Origin: Octopus bimaculoides
Taxonomy: Eukaryota
Direction of reading: 5' to 3'
NCBI RefSeq assembly: GCF_001194135.2
Contig: NC_068999.1
Coordinates: 29,871,262-29,917,604 of the forward strand
DNA length: 46,343 bases
The translations under genes and the position numbers were made by a program. The stretch's first letter is position 1. Each line of letters starts with the position of its first letter. Below are positions 1 to 11,580 of the stretch, one piece after another. The notes beneath the pieces are model-generated. The model did not search any database and was not told where the DNA came from. It was given only the letters and a program-made list of their open reading frames with translations.

Positions 1-701
1 TGGAAGAGGTAGGCCCAGGAAGACCGTGGGATGAGGTGGTGAGGCACGACCTTCGAACATTGGGCCTCACCGAAGTGATGACTTTTGACCGAGACCTTTG
101 GAAATATGTTGTGCGTGAGGAGACCCAGCAAGCCAAGTGAGACCTAAATCGAAGGCCTCAGGCAGCCCACTTATACATACCTTCCTTCATTGGACACTAA
201 ACTCCGCTTGCGAAGACCTGTTGAGGCAAGTGAAATAGAAATCGAATTAAATTCGACGACTGGCACCCATGCCAACGTCGTCTCCTTCATTGGAAATGAA
301 ACTCGGCTTGTGAAGACCTATTGGGGCAAGCGAAAACGAAACTGTCAATGGCACCTGTGCCCAGCATCGCCTTCCTGGCACTTGTGCCGGATGGCATGTG
401 TAAAGACATTCGAGTCAGATCGTTGCCAGTGCCGCCGAACTGGCTCCTGGCAGGTGGCACGTAAAATACACCATTTTGAGCGTGGCTGTTGCCAGTACTG
501 CCTGACTGGCCTTCGTGCTGGTGGCACGTAAAAGCACCCACTACACTCTCTGAGTGGTTGGCATTAAGAAGGGCATCCAGCTATAGAAACTCTGCCAAAT
601 CAGATTGGAGCCTGGTGTAGCCATCTGGTTTCACCAGTCCTCAGTCAAATCGTCCAACCCATGCTAGCATGGAAAGCGGACGTTAAACGACGGTGATGAT
701 G
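1..701 (+). mobile_element. RTE-clade LINE 3' end (end of RT ORF, 3' UTR, GAT tail); truncated by window edge
   Basis: Encodes GRGRPRKTWDEVVRHDLRTLGL-type RT C-terminus. 3' UTR contains GTGGCACGTAAAA modules and a GAAGGGCATCCAG motif, ending GGACGTTAAACGA(GAT)n. Near-identical to 31118-31818. Confidence 0.9.
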
Positions 702-704
702 TTT

Positions 705-1090
705 TCCTCCAAACACATTACATGCTTGTATAGCAGTCTTCCCTCTTGCTCACTGCATCCAATACCTCTTATGTTCATTTGTTCTTTCAGCTCATTTACT
801 CCAATATTTATACACGGCACATCCAGTGAAGCATACTCGTTTCATTTCTTTCTCAACTTAAGAAATCCACTATATTCAAAGCCTACATTTCCCAACCTGT
901 CAGCATCAGACTGTACCCAAACATAATATAATCTATCCAGTAATCAGAAATAATAGCTTCCTATTCTTTTCTCAACCCATTCTTAGACTGGCGTGTATGC
1001 TTTCAGAATGCCTACCTCCAATATTGTGAATCAGTTCGCATAGCTACATCTAATGATTCATGACTATACTTGTATGGACATGTAACTGGA
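705..1090 (-). mobile_element. Old, degenerate RTE LINE fragment
   Basis: Minus strand gives ERNETSMLHWM, matching ARNEASMLRWM of the younger copies. Confidence 0.55.
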
Positions 1091-1281
1091 ATGACTTTGA
1101 GTATGGAAGTGAATAAGTTCTTGGTGAAAAAGAAGATATGAGGAAGTAGAAATAGTACAATACAAATAAAATGAAAATGTGTTAAGATGAGTTGTAATAA
1201 ATTACATGGAAAACCTGTTGTTAAAGCATTGATGCAGATGATGACACATGTGTTTACTTATGCACACACCTGTATATATTT

Positions 1282-1430
1282 TATTACTTGTTTTGATTAT
1301 TGGACTGCAGCCACACTGACCCCAGGACTTATCTTTAAGCCTGGTACTTATTCTTCTGGTCCCTTTTACTGAACTGCTACGTAAACGAACAAACACTGGT
1401 TGTCAAATGGTGGTGGGGGACAAACACAAC
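1282..1430 (-). mobile_element. tRNA-derived SINE, 3' half
   Basis: Matches the 3' half of the full SINE at 38005-38395 (CCAGGACTTAT...TGTCAA...GGACAAACAC). Confidence 0.65.
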
Positions 1431-1944
1431 TATAGGGAAATAATGGGTGGGAAGTGAAAGGGGAGGATGGTGAACAGTGGCAGATATGTCAGATACATGA
1501 GTGTGGCAACAAAGGTAGTGGTGGGGCAGTGATGATATGAGAGGATGTTGAGAATGATAGGTGTTAAAAATGAAGTATGTTGAAGTAAAGATGAAAGTGA
1601 ATTTAAGATGTTGCTCAGAGGGGAGGGAGAGATAACTGAAGGCACAAAAAGGAAGGTGATTACTGGAAACTAGTATGAAGAGGAATGATAATGATAATGA
1701 AAATGAGGAATGGAGTTTAAATGGTTTCAGCAGGAGGAGATAACAGGTAATGCAAAAGTGGGGAGTAAATGCACGTTGATGCTACTCTCAAATGATTACA
1801 GCAGCTGAAAAGTTTCTTCGTTAAGGGAGTGATGGAGGAATTGGGTGTTAGGAAGATAATATGTTGGGGAATGCTTAACATGGGTTGATTGGGTGCAGGA
1901 CCCAACATATACAGGCATAAGCATAATGCTTTTAGGACCTCACT

Positions 1945-2330
1945 TTCACTGACAGATGTTTTTTTTAGCATAATTACTAGTTATCTTGGTCCTTTGTCAT
2001 CCATGAGGCACATCTTGAGATTTGCCCTCACTGCTTCAACTCATCTCTTCCTGTGTCTCCCTCATCCACAAGTTCCATCTGCTTTAAACAATTAGCACTT
2101 CTTTATACATCTGTTCTCATCCTATGACCAAACCATCACACTCTTCTCTCTTGCATGCTACATCTGATTCCTCTTATGCCTAATTTTTCTCTAAACACAT
2201 TTCCACTTTGTCGTATATGCCCACTGATGTTGTACATCCAACCAAGCATATTAGCTTCATATATCCTCTGCATTCATGGCCCACATCTCACTACCATGTA
2301 GTATTTCTGTTCATTCACAATAAATCTGTA
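1945..2330 (-). mobile_element. Old RTE LINE 3'-ORF fragment
   Basis: Reverse complement resembles the GAGAAAAATTAGGCATAAGAGGAATCAGATGTAGCATGCAAGAGAG segment of other RTE copies. Confidence 0.6.
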
Positions 2331-2653
2331 GCTGAATACATCTGATAACTGTTGAATCTTGTTTACTGAATGATAAAATAGTCCAGTAATCTTATTTCAT
2401 TTGAAATTAAAGTGTTCATTTGCTATTGAGAGGAAGACAGATGGTAATCCCAGTATGGAAAGTGAATGGTGATGATAACCTTTTTTATTTTTAAGTTACT
2501 CTTTTATTTGTTTTTCCCTGTTTTATTAATGATTAAAAGATATACATAGTTTTCTCTACTCACTCCTCTTTAGATGCATTCTCTTCTGTTTCTTCTCAAG
2601 ATGAGATTGCTCTACACTCTGAGATGAACTATGTTTGGTCTCTGAGATGAACT

Positions 2654-3658
2654 TGTAGTGTACTTCTCTCTCTCTATGTTATATATACATGAGTGCAGAC
2701 GTAGTGGTTAACAGTTAGCCTTTGGCCGTACTTTTGGACCCTGTTGTGTCCACCACTCTGATTGGTTGGTATTGGCATATTTTTGTCTCTTGTTTTATTT
2801 CGCGCCAGGGTGCAACCCAACCAATCGCAGTCTTCAGATAAGGTTACCTGGGACAGTTTTTCTGAACCCCTGTTTGAGGCGATAGTATCTTCTAAATAGC
2901 TAGCTTTTTACCGTCACGATTGTCAGTCCGACTCCAGACCTTCTGAGGTCTAGCCGCTGACCACAGAGCACACAGCTAGTTCCAGCGACAACACGACACA
3001 GCTTCATGGAAATCCAACACTTCGTTCAACAGCTTACTGCAAACTCCTTCGTCGCCACCGCCAGCTTCTTAGCATCTACATCAACTTCTCTACGTACATA
3101 CCAACCAGCAACGCTCGCACAGCTATTCTCCACACTGTTTGTGAAATGCTTCACCATGGTTAACAGCGAATACAACCTGCGAGAACTCCTGTACCAAGTA
3201 ACCGGCCGCAGCATTGAAGCCTCAACTTCTTCACGACATGTGTCTTTCTTTGGCTCTGCCTTGCCGCCACAACTTCTTGATACAGCACTTAAGCCTGTAC
3301 TGTGTACCTTGGCTACAAACTGGTATTTCCCATCTTTGTGCCTGGATTTTCTTCCAACTCTTTTCTATGCTCTGTATTTCTCTCACACACATATATCTTT
3401 GTTTGTATACACATACACTTTGTTTGCATGACGGCCTGTCTATTATTGTGTTTATTATGTCGCACTCACACACACAGACATACAAGTTGACATATCAATA
3501 AAACCTTCCCTTTAAACCTTCTACTGGTTGTGTCTCTCTTTTCCTTTTTGGTACTTATACTCATTTAACCTCTTTTTGTATTTTTTATTTGTGTTGACCG
3601 TGCGATGTGCTAAAGGAGCCATTCCTCGTCACCATCTCCTGGTCGCACGGTCGTTACA
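2654..3658 (+). mobile_element. Solo LTR (1005 bp), probably Gypsy/Ty3-type
   Basis: TGTA...TACA termini and 4-bp TSD AACT (2650-2653, 3659-3662). It splits the second copy of a tandem CTCTGAGATGAACT(A)TGTTTG repeat. CCAAT at 2821, TAAATA at ~2893, AATAAA at 3497 followed by a GT/T-rich tract. Confidence 0.8.
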
Positions 3659-3740
3659 AACTGTTTGCTCATATATGATATTGTATATTCTCCTTCCCCT
3701 CTCTCTGCAATTAAATCTATATGTTGTCTTTATATTACAG

Positions 3741-4037
3741 AGGATACATCAACTATCATTAGTCTTCAACCTGCTCTGAAGTTCAATGGTGGAGGCCATC
3801 TCAATCATAGCATATTTTGGGAAATACTGAGTCCACATGGAGGAGGAGAACCTGAAGGTGATTTGCTGGCAGCCATTGTAAGAGATTTTGGATCCTTTGA
3901 GAAATTGAAGAATGACTTAGTTGCTTCCAGTGTGGCAGTGCAAGGTTCTGGATGGGGATGGTTAGGCTATGATGCAGTATCTAAACAGCTAAAAATAGCG
4001 ACTTGTGCTAATCAAGATCCACTGAAAGCAACCACAG
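3741..4037 (+). CDS. SOD2: Mitochondrial Mn superoxide dismutase, penultimate coding exon (297 bp, phase 1-1); upstream exons lie outside the window
   Basis: [19 protein letters not shown] (metal-ligand His) and [10 protein letters not shown] (Mn-type Gln) motifs, ending [10 protein letters not shown]. Acceptor ttacag at 3735-3740, donor G|gtttgt at 4037/4038. Confidence 0.97.
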
Positions 4038-4689
4038 GTTTGTCAATTTCATTATTTTCCGATTTTTTACTCTAGAAGTTGAAACTTTCTCTTAAAAATT
4101 TGATTTTTTTTAAAAATCTATAAATTTACATTTCTTACTCTCCTCATCATCAAGTTTCAGTTTATTCAGTAAAGAGAACTATTATTATCAACATTTTATT
4201 CAGTTAAAAAAAGTATTATTATTACCATCAATATTCTTATATTTAATATATTTTTGTTTCTAAATTTAAGAATAGGAAACTTCTTGATGGTGAAAAAAAA
4301 GAGAGAGTGTTAAGATGAGTGCTGTATGGTAAGAATTTCCTCCAGTATTCTTTGGACCCATCGGTCTTATTATAGTCAACTTCATCTGTTGGTATTTTCT
4401 TTGTTCTTATCTGGTTCCAGATGTTTTGGCCACCACATCATGCTTAGGAAGATAACATCTAAAAGACATTCTTTCACAGTTGGCAATAATGTGATTGATG
4501 TTTTCAGTCTTAGTTTTGCACAGCTCGCATTTGTTTTCTACCTTTTATGCTGCAAGCATTTGGTGGGGGATCTCTTTCAAGCGGCTCTTTTTGAGGAGAG
4601 ATCTGCATGAGTTCTTATTTCATGCATTTCCTCAAGTTCATTAGCTATCCTAATTATGTGGTATACATATAAGCATTTGCCTTGATATC

Positions 4690-4870
4690 ACATGAGGGTT
4701 GTGAGTGAGTGTCACCATTATCATGCAAGCAGTCTTGTTCATTTCTCGTAAACATGTCAGGTCATGTGAAAATATTACCTTAGTTGGTGATAGGAAGGAC
4801 AGCTGACTATAAAAAATCTTCCTCAAAACATTCTATCCAACCTATGAGCATGTAAAAGTGGACTTAGGTA
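4690..4870 (+). mobile_element. Degenerate SINE/RTE-tail remnant
   Basis: TTGGTGATAGGAAGGACAGC...TCCAACCTATGAGCATGTAAAAGTGGAC resembles the RTE 3' terminus. Confidence 0.5.
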
Positions 4871-5021
4871 TAAAAACTTAGAATCACTCTGTGATCAACC
4901 ATCACATGACTATAAGGCTGCTCACAACAAACACATTTAAATTCATCTAGATGTGAATATCATCTGAGGAAAATCTACTTTAAAATGCTCAATTATGGAA
5001 ATTAAATTTCCTAGGAATATA

Positions 5022-5800
5022 CAGGGTGTTTGGGCTAAATTTGACAGTTTGCATAAAAGGAAAAGAAAATACAATATATAATCCAAAAAGTATTTTGAAA
5101 GGAATCAAAAAATATCAACTAGATTATAGCTGGGAGATAACAGTTTACTCAAAATAGCTGCCCTCAGCTTCCACCACAATCTTAAGATGGCTGCAAATAC
5201 CCACTTGATCTTGGCCATCAGCTCAGCCTTGGTATTGCAGGCAGAGTAGTTAGTATCTTTCTCAACTGTGCCCCATGGGATTACAATCAGATAATTAGGA
5301 TGCTAGAGGTGAGGTAAGGAGCCAAATCCTGCTTCCACAGACATGGCCTCTCTAGCCTGAGTTTGACCACAGTTTTCAGCAACTTCACATAGCCATCTGA
5401 ATTGGGCCTAAGGCCCTGTTCAAGGATGAGGGGCAGCATGACATCCTCACTAAGACACACTCAAAGATCATCACAGCATGGAGGAACTTGGTTTTCATGG
5501 CAGATGGGACATTGCATAGATTGTAGGCAACCCACCTCTTGTTCTGGGTGTTGTGCAACTGATTTGGCAGAAGTTCTCTTCATCTGAGAAGACCCGGACT
5601 ATCCCTGGCTCAACAGGATACCTCAGCTTGTTCATGAGCTTCTTTTCCTTCATCAAGTAGTTCTCTTTGGTATTGGTTCTCAGAATTTGTATCTCATCAG
5701 TGTTCACAGAGCATTGATCAGCTGTCATAATTTCAGCATTTTGATACCCAATGCAAATCATCATGATACTGGTAATTATTATGAAATATTCAGATGGCTT
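5022..5800 (-). mobile_element. Tc1/mariner-superfamily transposon relic (maT/DD37D-like transposase)
   Basis: Minus strand gives LMNKLRYP..VFSDEENFCQ, MKTKF, GLRPNSDGYVKLLKTVVK, WKQDLAP, VEKDTN and EAEGSYFE* (stop 5145-5147). TA|CAGGGTG terminus at 5020-5028. Confidence 0.75.
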
Positions 5801-5810
5801 CCAATCCTCC

Positions 5811-8800
5811 ATGTCAGCTAACTTTCTCGGGGTTGGCACACTCAATGTGGGCACACTGGAAGGTAGGTCTAGTGAGATTGTTGAGATGCTTGAACGGAGA
5901 TGTGTAGATTTGTGCTGCATTTAAGATGTAAGGTGGAAAGGAGGTTCTGCTGGTGTACGTGAAGGCAATGGTTTTGGTTCCTGCAATGAGGAGGGAACCA
6001 GGCTGCTGGAGTTCTGTGATGCAAATGATCTTATGGTTTGTAACACTAACTTCAGGAAACCTGCCAGTCACCTATTCACCTATCGATCTGGTAGACACAC
6101 TAGTCAAATTGACTACATCCTCGCCAGAAAATGGGAAAGATGGCTACTTATAAATGCTAAAACTTTCCCAGGTGAAGAATGCACCCTACAACATAGATTA
6201 GTAGTTAGCGACTTCAGGATCAGGGCTAAATGAATGCCCAGAAGACAACCAGCATGGAGGAGAAGGGTCTGGGAGCTTAAGGATTCTGCGAATGGACAGT
6301 TTTAAAGACATATTACTTGAAGCTTTTGACAAAATAGAGGGGAATATAGCATCACATGATGTGGAAGACAACTAGAGGTTTCTACAGGACATGTTGAGGG
6401 CCACTGACCAGATCTGTGGATGGTGTAAAGTCCCCTCTCAACCCAAGGTAATGTGGTGGTCGAACAATATAGTTGACAGGGCCTTTAGGGAAAAGAAACA
6501 GGCATGGAAGGACTGGAAGAACGGTGGTAGCGGGGAATTGTATCAGACTGCCAGAACGGAAGCTAGAAGACAGGTTTACTTAGCCAGAGGGGAAGCAGAT
6601 AAGAAAAAATTGCCAATGTTCTGCATCGTGAGGACCAAATATTTGAGGTGTTTCGTGTTGCAAGACTGTGAGAGAGATAATCGTGATGTCATAGGAGAGA
6701 AATGTGTCCGCATGGATGGCCCCTGGACTGGCTCTTGTGCGGGTGGCACATAAAAGACACCATTTCGTGCGGGTGACACGTAAAAGCACCCACTACTGAG
6801 TGGTTGGCATTAGGAAGGGCATCCAGCTGTAGAAACTCTGCCAAATTAGATTGGAGCCTGGTGTTGCCATCCGGTTTCACCAGTCCTCAGTCATGGAAGG
6901 CGGACGTTAAACGATGATGATGATGATGATGAGGCTGCAAGGAGAGAGACTTGGAAATGCCACTATGAAAGGTTGCTAAATGAAGAGAATGAATGGGAGA
7001 AAGAGAGTCTGCCAAATGTTGACCCAACAGAAGGACCAGCTATCCGAATTGACAGTACCATGGTAGATAAATCAATTAAGGGTATGAAGACAGGGAAAGC
7101 CCCAGCACATCAGGAATCACCACAGAGATGCTTAAAATATCTGGCGGTGTCAGCTATAGTCTAGTCACCCATATAGTCAACCAGGTGATACATGGAGTCA
7201 TACCCAATGATTGGTGTAGCAGCACCATAGTCAACTGCTACAAAGGTAAAGGTGACGCTTTAGATACAAATAATTACAGAGGTATCAAGTTGTTGGATCA
7301 GGTAATGAAAGTCATGGAGAGGGTCGTAGCCCAACTAATTAGGGAGAGAGTCTAGATGAGATGCAGTTTGGTTTTGTGCCAGGGAAAAGAACCACTGATG
7401 CTATATTTCTGGTAAGACAGCTGCAGGAGAAATACCTAGCCAAAGATAAACCTCTGTACCTGGCTTTCATTGACATGGAGAAAGCCCTTATCTGGTGGTC
7501 AATGAGGAAATTAGAGATAGATGAATGGCTAGTGAGAGTTGTACAAGCCATGTATAGGGATGCTGTCAGTAAGGTGAGGGTTGGCAACGAGTACAGTGAA
7601 GAATTCCAGGTAGGAGTCCACTAAAGATCAGTCCTCAGCCCTCTCTTATTCATCATAGTCCTCCAGGCAGTAACAGAAGAATTCAAGACAGGATGCCCCT
7701 GGGTGCTTCTCTATGCTGATGACCTTGCTCTAATTGCTGAGTCACTCTCAGAACTAGAGATGTTTCAGGTGTGGAAACAAGGATTAGAATTGAAGGGTCT
7801 TAGAGTCAACCTAGCAAAAACCAAGTAAGAAGGCAAACCACAAATCCCTTCAAGTAGATGGCCCTGCTCGATCTGTAGAAAAGGTATAGGTAGAAACTCC
7901 ATAAGATATACCCAGTGTAAGCTATGGATACATAGGAGGTGCATTAATATCAAAGGAAGGCTAACTGGGAAGATAGTTTTTGTGTGTGGCAAATATTCAG
8001 GAGCAATAAACACTGAAAATGTGCAGAGAACAACTTCTGTCACATTCCAAGGGGAAAAACTAGAAGTAGTTGATAGCTTTCATTACCTAGGTGACCAAGT
8101 CAGTAGCGGGGGTGGATGCTCTGAAAGTGTAGCTGGTAGAGTAAGGATAGCTTAGGCAAAGTTCAGAGAGCTCCTACCTCTGCTGGTGACAAAGGGTCTC
8201 TCTCTCAGAGTAAAAGGTAGACTGTATGACGCATGTGTGCAAACAGCCATGCTACATGGCAGTGAAACATGGGCCGTGACTGCTGAGGACATGTGTAAGC
8301 TTGCAAGGAATGAAGCCAGTATGCTCCGCTGGATGTGTAATGTCAGTATGCATAAACGACGGAGTGTAAGTGCCCTGAGAGAATAGAAACATCAGATGTA
8401 GTGTGCAAGAGAGATGACTGCACTGGTATGGTCATGTGTTGCGAATGAATGAAGACAGCTGTGTGAAAAAGTGCCACACCCTAGCAGTTGAGAGAACCTG
8501 TGGCAGAGGAAGACTGGGGATGAGGTGGTGAAGCATGACCTTCGAACATTGGGCCTTACCAAGGCAATGACAAGTGACTGAGACCTTTCGAGATATGCTG
8601 TGCGCAAGAAGACCCGGCAAGCCACGTGAGACCATAACCGTGGCCTATGCCAGTGCTGTATAACCAGCCCATTTAAGAGTACTCTTCAATCGTTGGACAG
8701 TAAACTATGCTTACAAAGACCTGTTGAGGCAAGTGAAATCGCTGTCGTGGCCGATGACACTGTCGCTTGATTGGCACCCATGCCAGTGGAACATTAAAAG

Positions 8801-9140
8801 CACCCTTCGAGTGTGATTGTTGCCAAGGCCACTGACTGGCTCCTGTGCCAGTGGCACATAAAAACCCTATTTGAGCGTGGTCGTTGCCAGTGCTGCTGGA
8901 CTGGCTCCTGTGCAGGTGGCACGTAAAAAGCACTATTTGAGGGTGGCTGATGCCAATACCGCCTGACTGGCCCTCGTGCCACTACACTCTCAGAGTGGTT
9001 GGCATTAGGAAGGGCATCCAGCTGTAGAAACTTTGCCAGATCAGATTGGGGCTTGGTGCAGCCTTCTGGCTGACCAGCCCTCAGTCAAACTGTCCAACTC
9101 ATGCCAGCATGGAAAGCGGACGTTAAACGACGATGATGAT
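5811..9140 (+). mobile_element. RTE LINE, near full-length pseudogene (APE endonuclease + RT), internally deleted and frameshifted
   Basis: GTLNVGTL..VDLCCI (APE start), SQIDYILARK, QFGFVPGKRTTDAIFLVRQLQEK, LLYADDL, YLGDQV, LHGSETW. 3' UTR and (GAT)n tail at 9128-9140. Confidence 0.93.
6721..6930 (+). mobile_element. Short 5'-truncated RTE 3'-end copy nested inside the RTE ORF
   Basis: 3' UTR modules plus (GAT)6 tail interrupting the CVRMD..EAARRE region. Shares diagnostic bases with the copy at 46046-46343. Confidence 0.85.
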
Positions 9141-9229
9141 AATTAACTTTAATCTTTTTGCTCTCGAATGCTATTAACTGTTATCCAATACATCAAGCTT
9201 TGCCTGAAAAAAGAAAGCATACAAAAACT

Positions 9230-10800
9230 GTCAAATTTAGCCAGAACACCCTGTATCATTCACCACAGCCATACAGAGAGAGTTAAAACCCAATTAATTA
9301 GGAGCAAAGTTAGGCTAGACAAAAAGCAGTTTGGCTTTACCTCAGAGAAAAGCACTACTGATGCTATTTTCATATTCAGGCAACTGCAAAGATAAATACT
9401 TAGCCAAGAATAAACCGTAGTATTTGGCATTTGTTGATCTAGAGTAAGCTTTCGATAGAGTATTCTGCTGTGTGATATGGTAGGCTCTGAGGAGGCCAGG
9501 AGTAGAAAATTGCTGGTGAAAATTGTACAGGCCATGTACAGGGGTGCTGTTAGTAAGGTGAGAGTCAACCATGAATACAGTGAAGAATTTGGTGTACAGG
9601 TAGGTGTTCATCAAGGCTCACTCCTCAGTCCTCTCCTTTTCATCATCATCCTCCAGGCCATAACAGAGGAATTCAAGACTGGCAGCCCCTGGGAACCACT
9701 AAATGCTGACAATCTTGTCCTCATAGCAAATTCTATATCAGAGCTAGAGAAGAAATTCAAGATGTGGAAGCAAAACGTAGAATCTAAGGGTCTTAAGGCT
9801 AACCTAACGAAGATTATGCAAAAAGAAAAGGCAGAACCCTACCCACTTCAGGTAAGTAGCCCTGCTTGATTTGTAGGAAAGGTGTAGGCAGGAATTCCAT
9901 ACAGTGTACTCAGTGTAAACTACAGACACAAGAGGTGCAGTGGAATGATATGAAGGTTATCAGAGAAAGTAGTGTCCGTATGTGGAAGACGCAAAGGAGC
10001 AAAAAAACTACAGATACTTGGGAAATTGATTTTCTCAAATGCCTCACAGGCTCTTTGGAGGTAGTGAATAGTTTCTGCTATCTAGGGGACCAAATTAGTT
10101 GTGGGGGAGGGTGTACGGTGAGTGTAATAGCCTCTGTTGGCAACCAAAGGTTTCTCTCTCCAAGGAAAAGGAAGATTGTATGATGTAGGTATACGAACAG
10201 CAATTCTAAATGATAGTGAGACATGGGCCCTGAATTCAGAGGACATGCAAAGGCTAGAGAGGAATGAAGCTAGTATGTTTGCTGGATGTGTAATATGTGC
10301 GACAGAGTGTTAGTGTATTGGGAGAGAAGTTAGGCATAAAAGAGGAATTAGATGCAGGATATATGAGAGGAGACTGTGCTGGTTTGATGCAGATGGATGC
10401 TGACAATTCCATAAAAATGGCATTCACTCAAATTGGATGGAACATACGGAAGAAGGAGACCCAGGAAGACATGAGATGAAGTACTAAAGGACAACTTCAG
10501 CTCACCGAACCTTTCATAGAAGATGACAAAGGACTGAGATACCTGGTACCTTGCTGTACTGAAAAAGATCCATCCTCCACTGCAGAAGTGTTAAGGCTGC
10601 ATCCCCTGATGAAGAGGATTGGCCTGCAAGAGTTCTGTGCCAGTGCCACATGAAAAGCACACATTGTAAAGTGGTTGACATTAGGAAGGGCATCCAGTCA
10701 TAGAAACGGCCAAATCAGACTGGAATTTGGTGCAGCTCTCCAGCTTGCTAGTCCTGGTCAAACTGCCCAACCCATGCCAGCATGGGAAATGAACTTTAAA
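9230..10800 (+). mobile_element. Older RTE LINE subfamily, RT region to 3' end
   Basis: QFGFTSEKSTTDAIFIFRQLQ, GVHQGSLLSPLLF, NSFCYLGDQISCGGG. Degenerate AGGAAGGGCATCCAG...CCCATGCCAGCATGG terminus. Confidence 0.88.
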
Positions 10801-11230
10801 GGGCTGTGGCAGCAATGTAGTAGTACAAAAATTATGGAGAAAGAAGTGATTAAATTTGAGTTAGTGTGAAGCCCATATTTGTCCTTGAACATGTTATTTT
10901 TAGAAAACATTTAATATGGTTATATAGTAGGCATACAAAGCAGTGTATCCAGTACTAATAATAGCAAAGGAGCTTGAAATGCATACACTTGGTCCACAGG
11001 GAGCACTCTGAAATGACAGTAGGTGTTTTAACACCTATTGCTGAAAGTGAAAATTTTCTCTGCAGCAAACCACATATTTAACAGGCTAAATATGTACCAA
11101 ACATATTTGAATTAATCTAAAAGTTTGATCATATGGGTAACTTCAAAACTGAAAAGTAATACAGTTGAGCTTTCTTAAAATATCTTAATGAAAGAAGTAT
11201 AATATTGCAAACTATCCAAATTGGTACTCT

Positions 11231-11580
11231 AAGAAGCTTGCTTCCCAACCATATGGTTCCAGGTTCAGTCTCACTGTGTGGCACCTTGAGCAAATATCTT
11301 CTACTATAGCCTTGGGCCAACCAAAGCCTTGTGAGGGGATTTGGTTGATGGAAACTGAAAGAAACCTGTTGTATATGTTTGTATGTTTGTGTGTCTTTGT
11401 ATCTGTGTTTGTCCTCCATCACTGCTTGACAACTAGTGTTGGTGTATTTACATCCTTGTAGCTTAGTGCTTCAACAAAAGAGACCAGTAGAATAAATACT
11501 AAGCTTAAAAAAGATAAGTCCTTCAAGGCAGCATCCCAGCACAGTCACAGTCAAATGATTGAAAGAAGTTAAAGATAAAG
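11231..11580 (+). mobile_element. tRNA-derived SINE (abundant octopus-type family)
   Basis: B-box-like GGTTCAGTC, body CTTCTACTATAGCCTTGGGCC...GGAAACTGAAAGAA with internal (TG)-rich tract and CAGTCAAATGATTGAAA tail. Confidence 0.85.

Noticed and set aside
190-531. ORF MDTKLRLR.. repeated at 31306-31581
   Set aside because: It lies in the RTE 3' UTR and starts at TTG. The two copies end differently and other copies disrupt it, so the similarity reflects recent transposition.
400-540. Repeated GTGGCACGTAAAA motifs as a CRISPR-like array
   Set aside because: Eukaryotic LINE 3' UTR subrepeats with degenerate, related spacers; no cas genes.
1430-1900. Purine-rich segment, and the pyrimidine-rich 23300-23660
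   Set aside because: Probably old repeat debris, but I could not assign a family or motif.
3665-3740. N- and C-terminal extensions of the SOD2 ORFs in the track (also 4038-4075 and 19898-19928)
   Set aside because: Read-through into introns beyond canonical splice sites.
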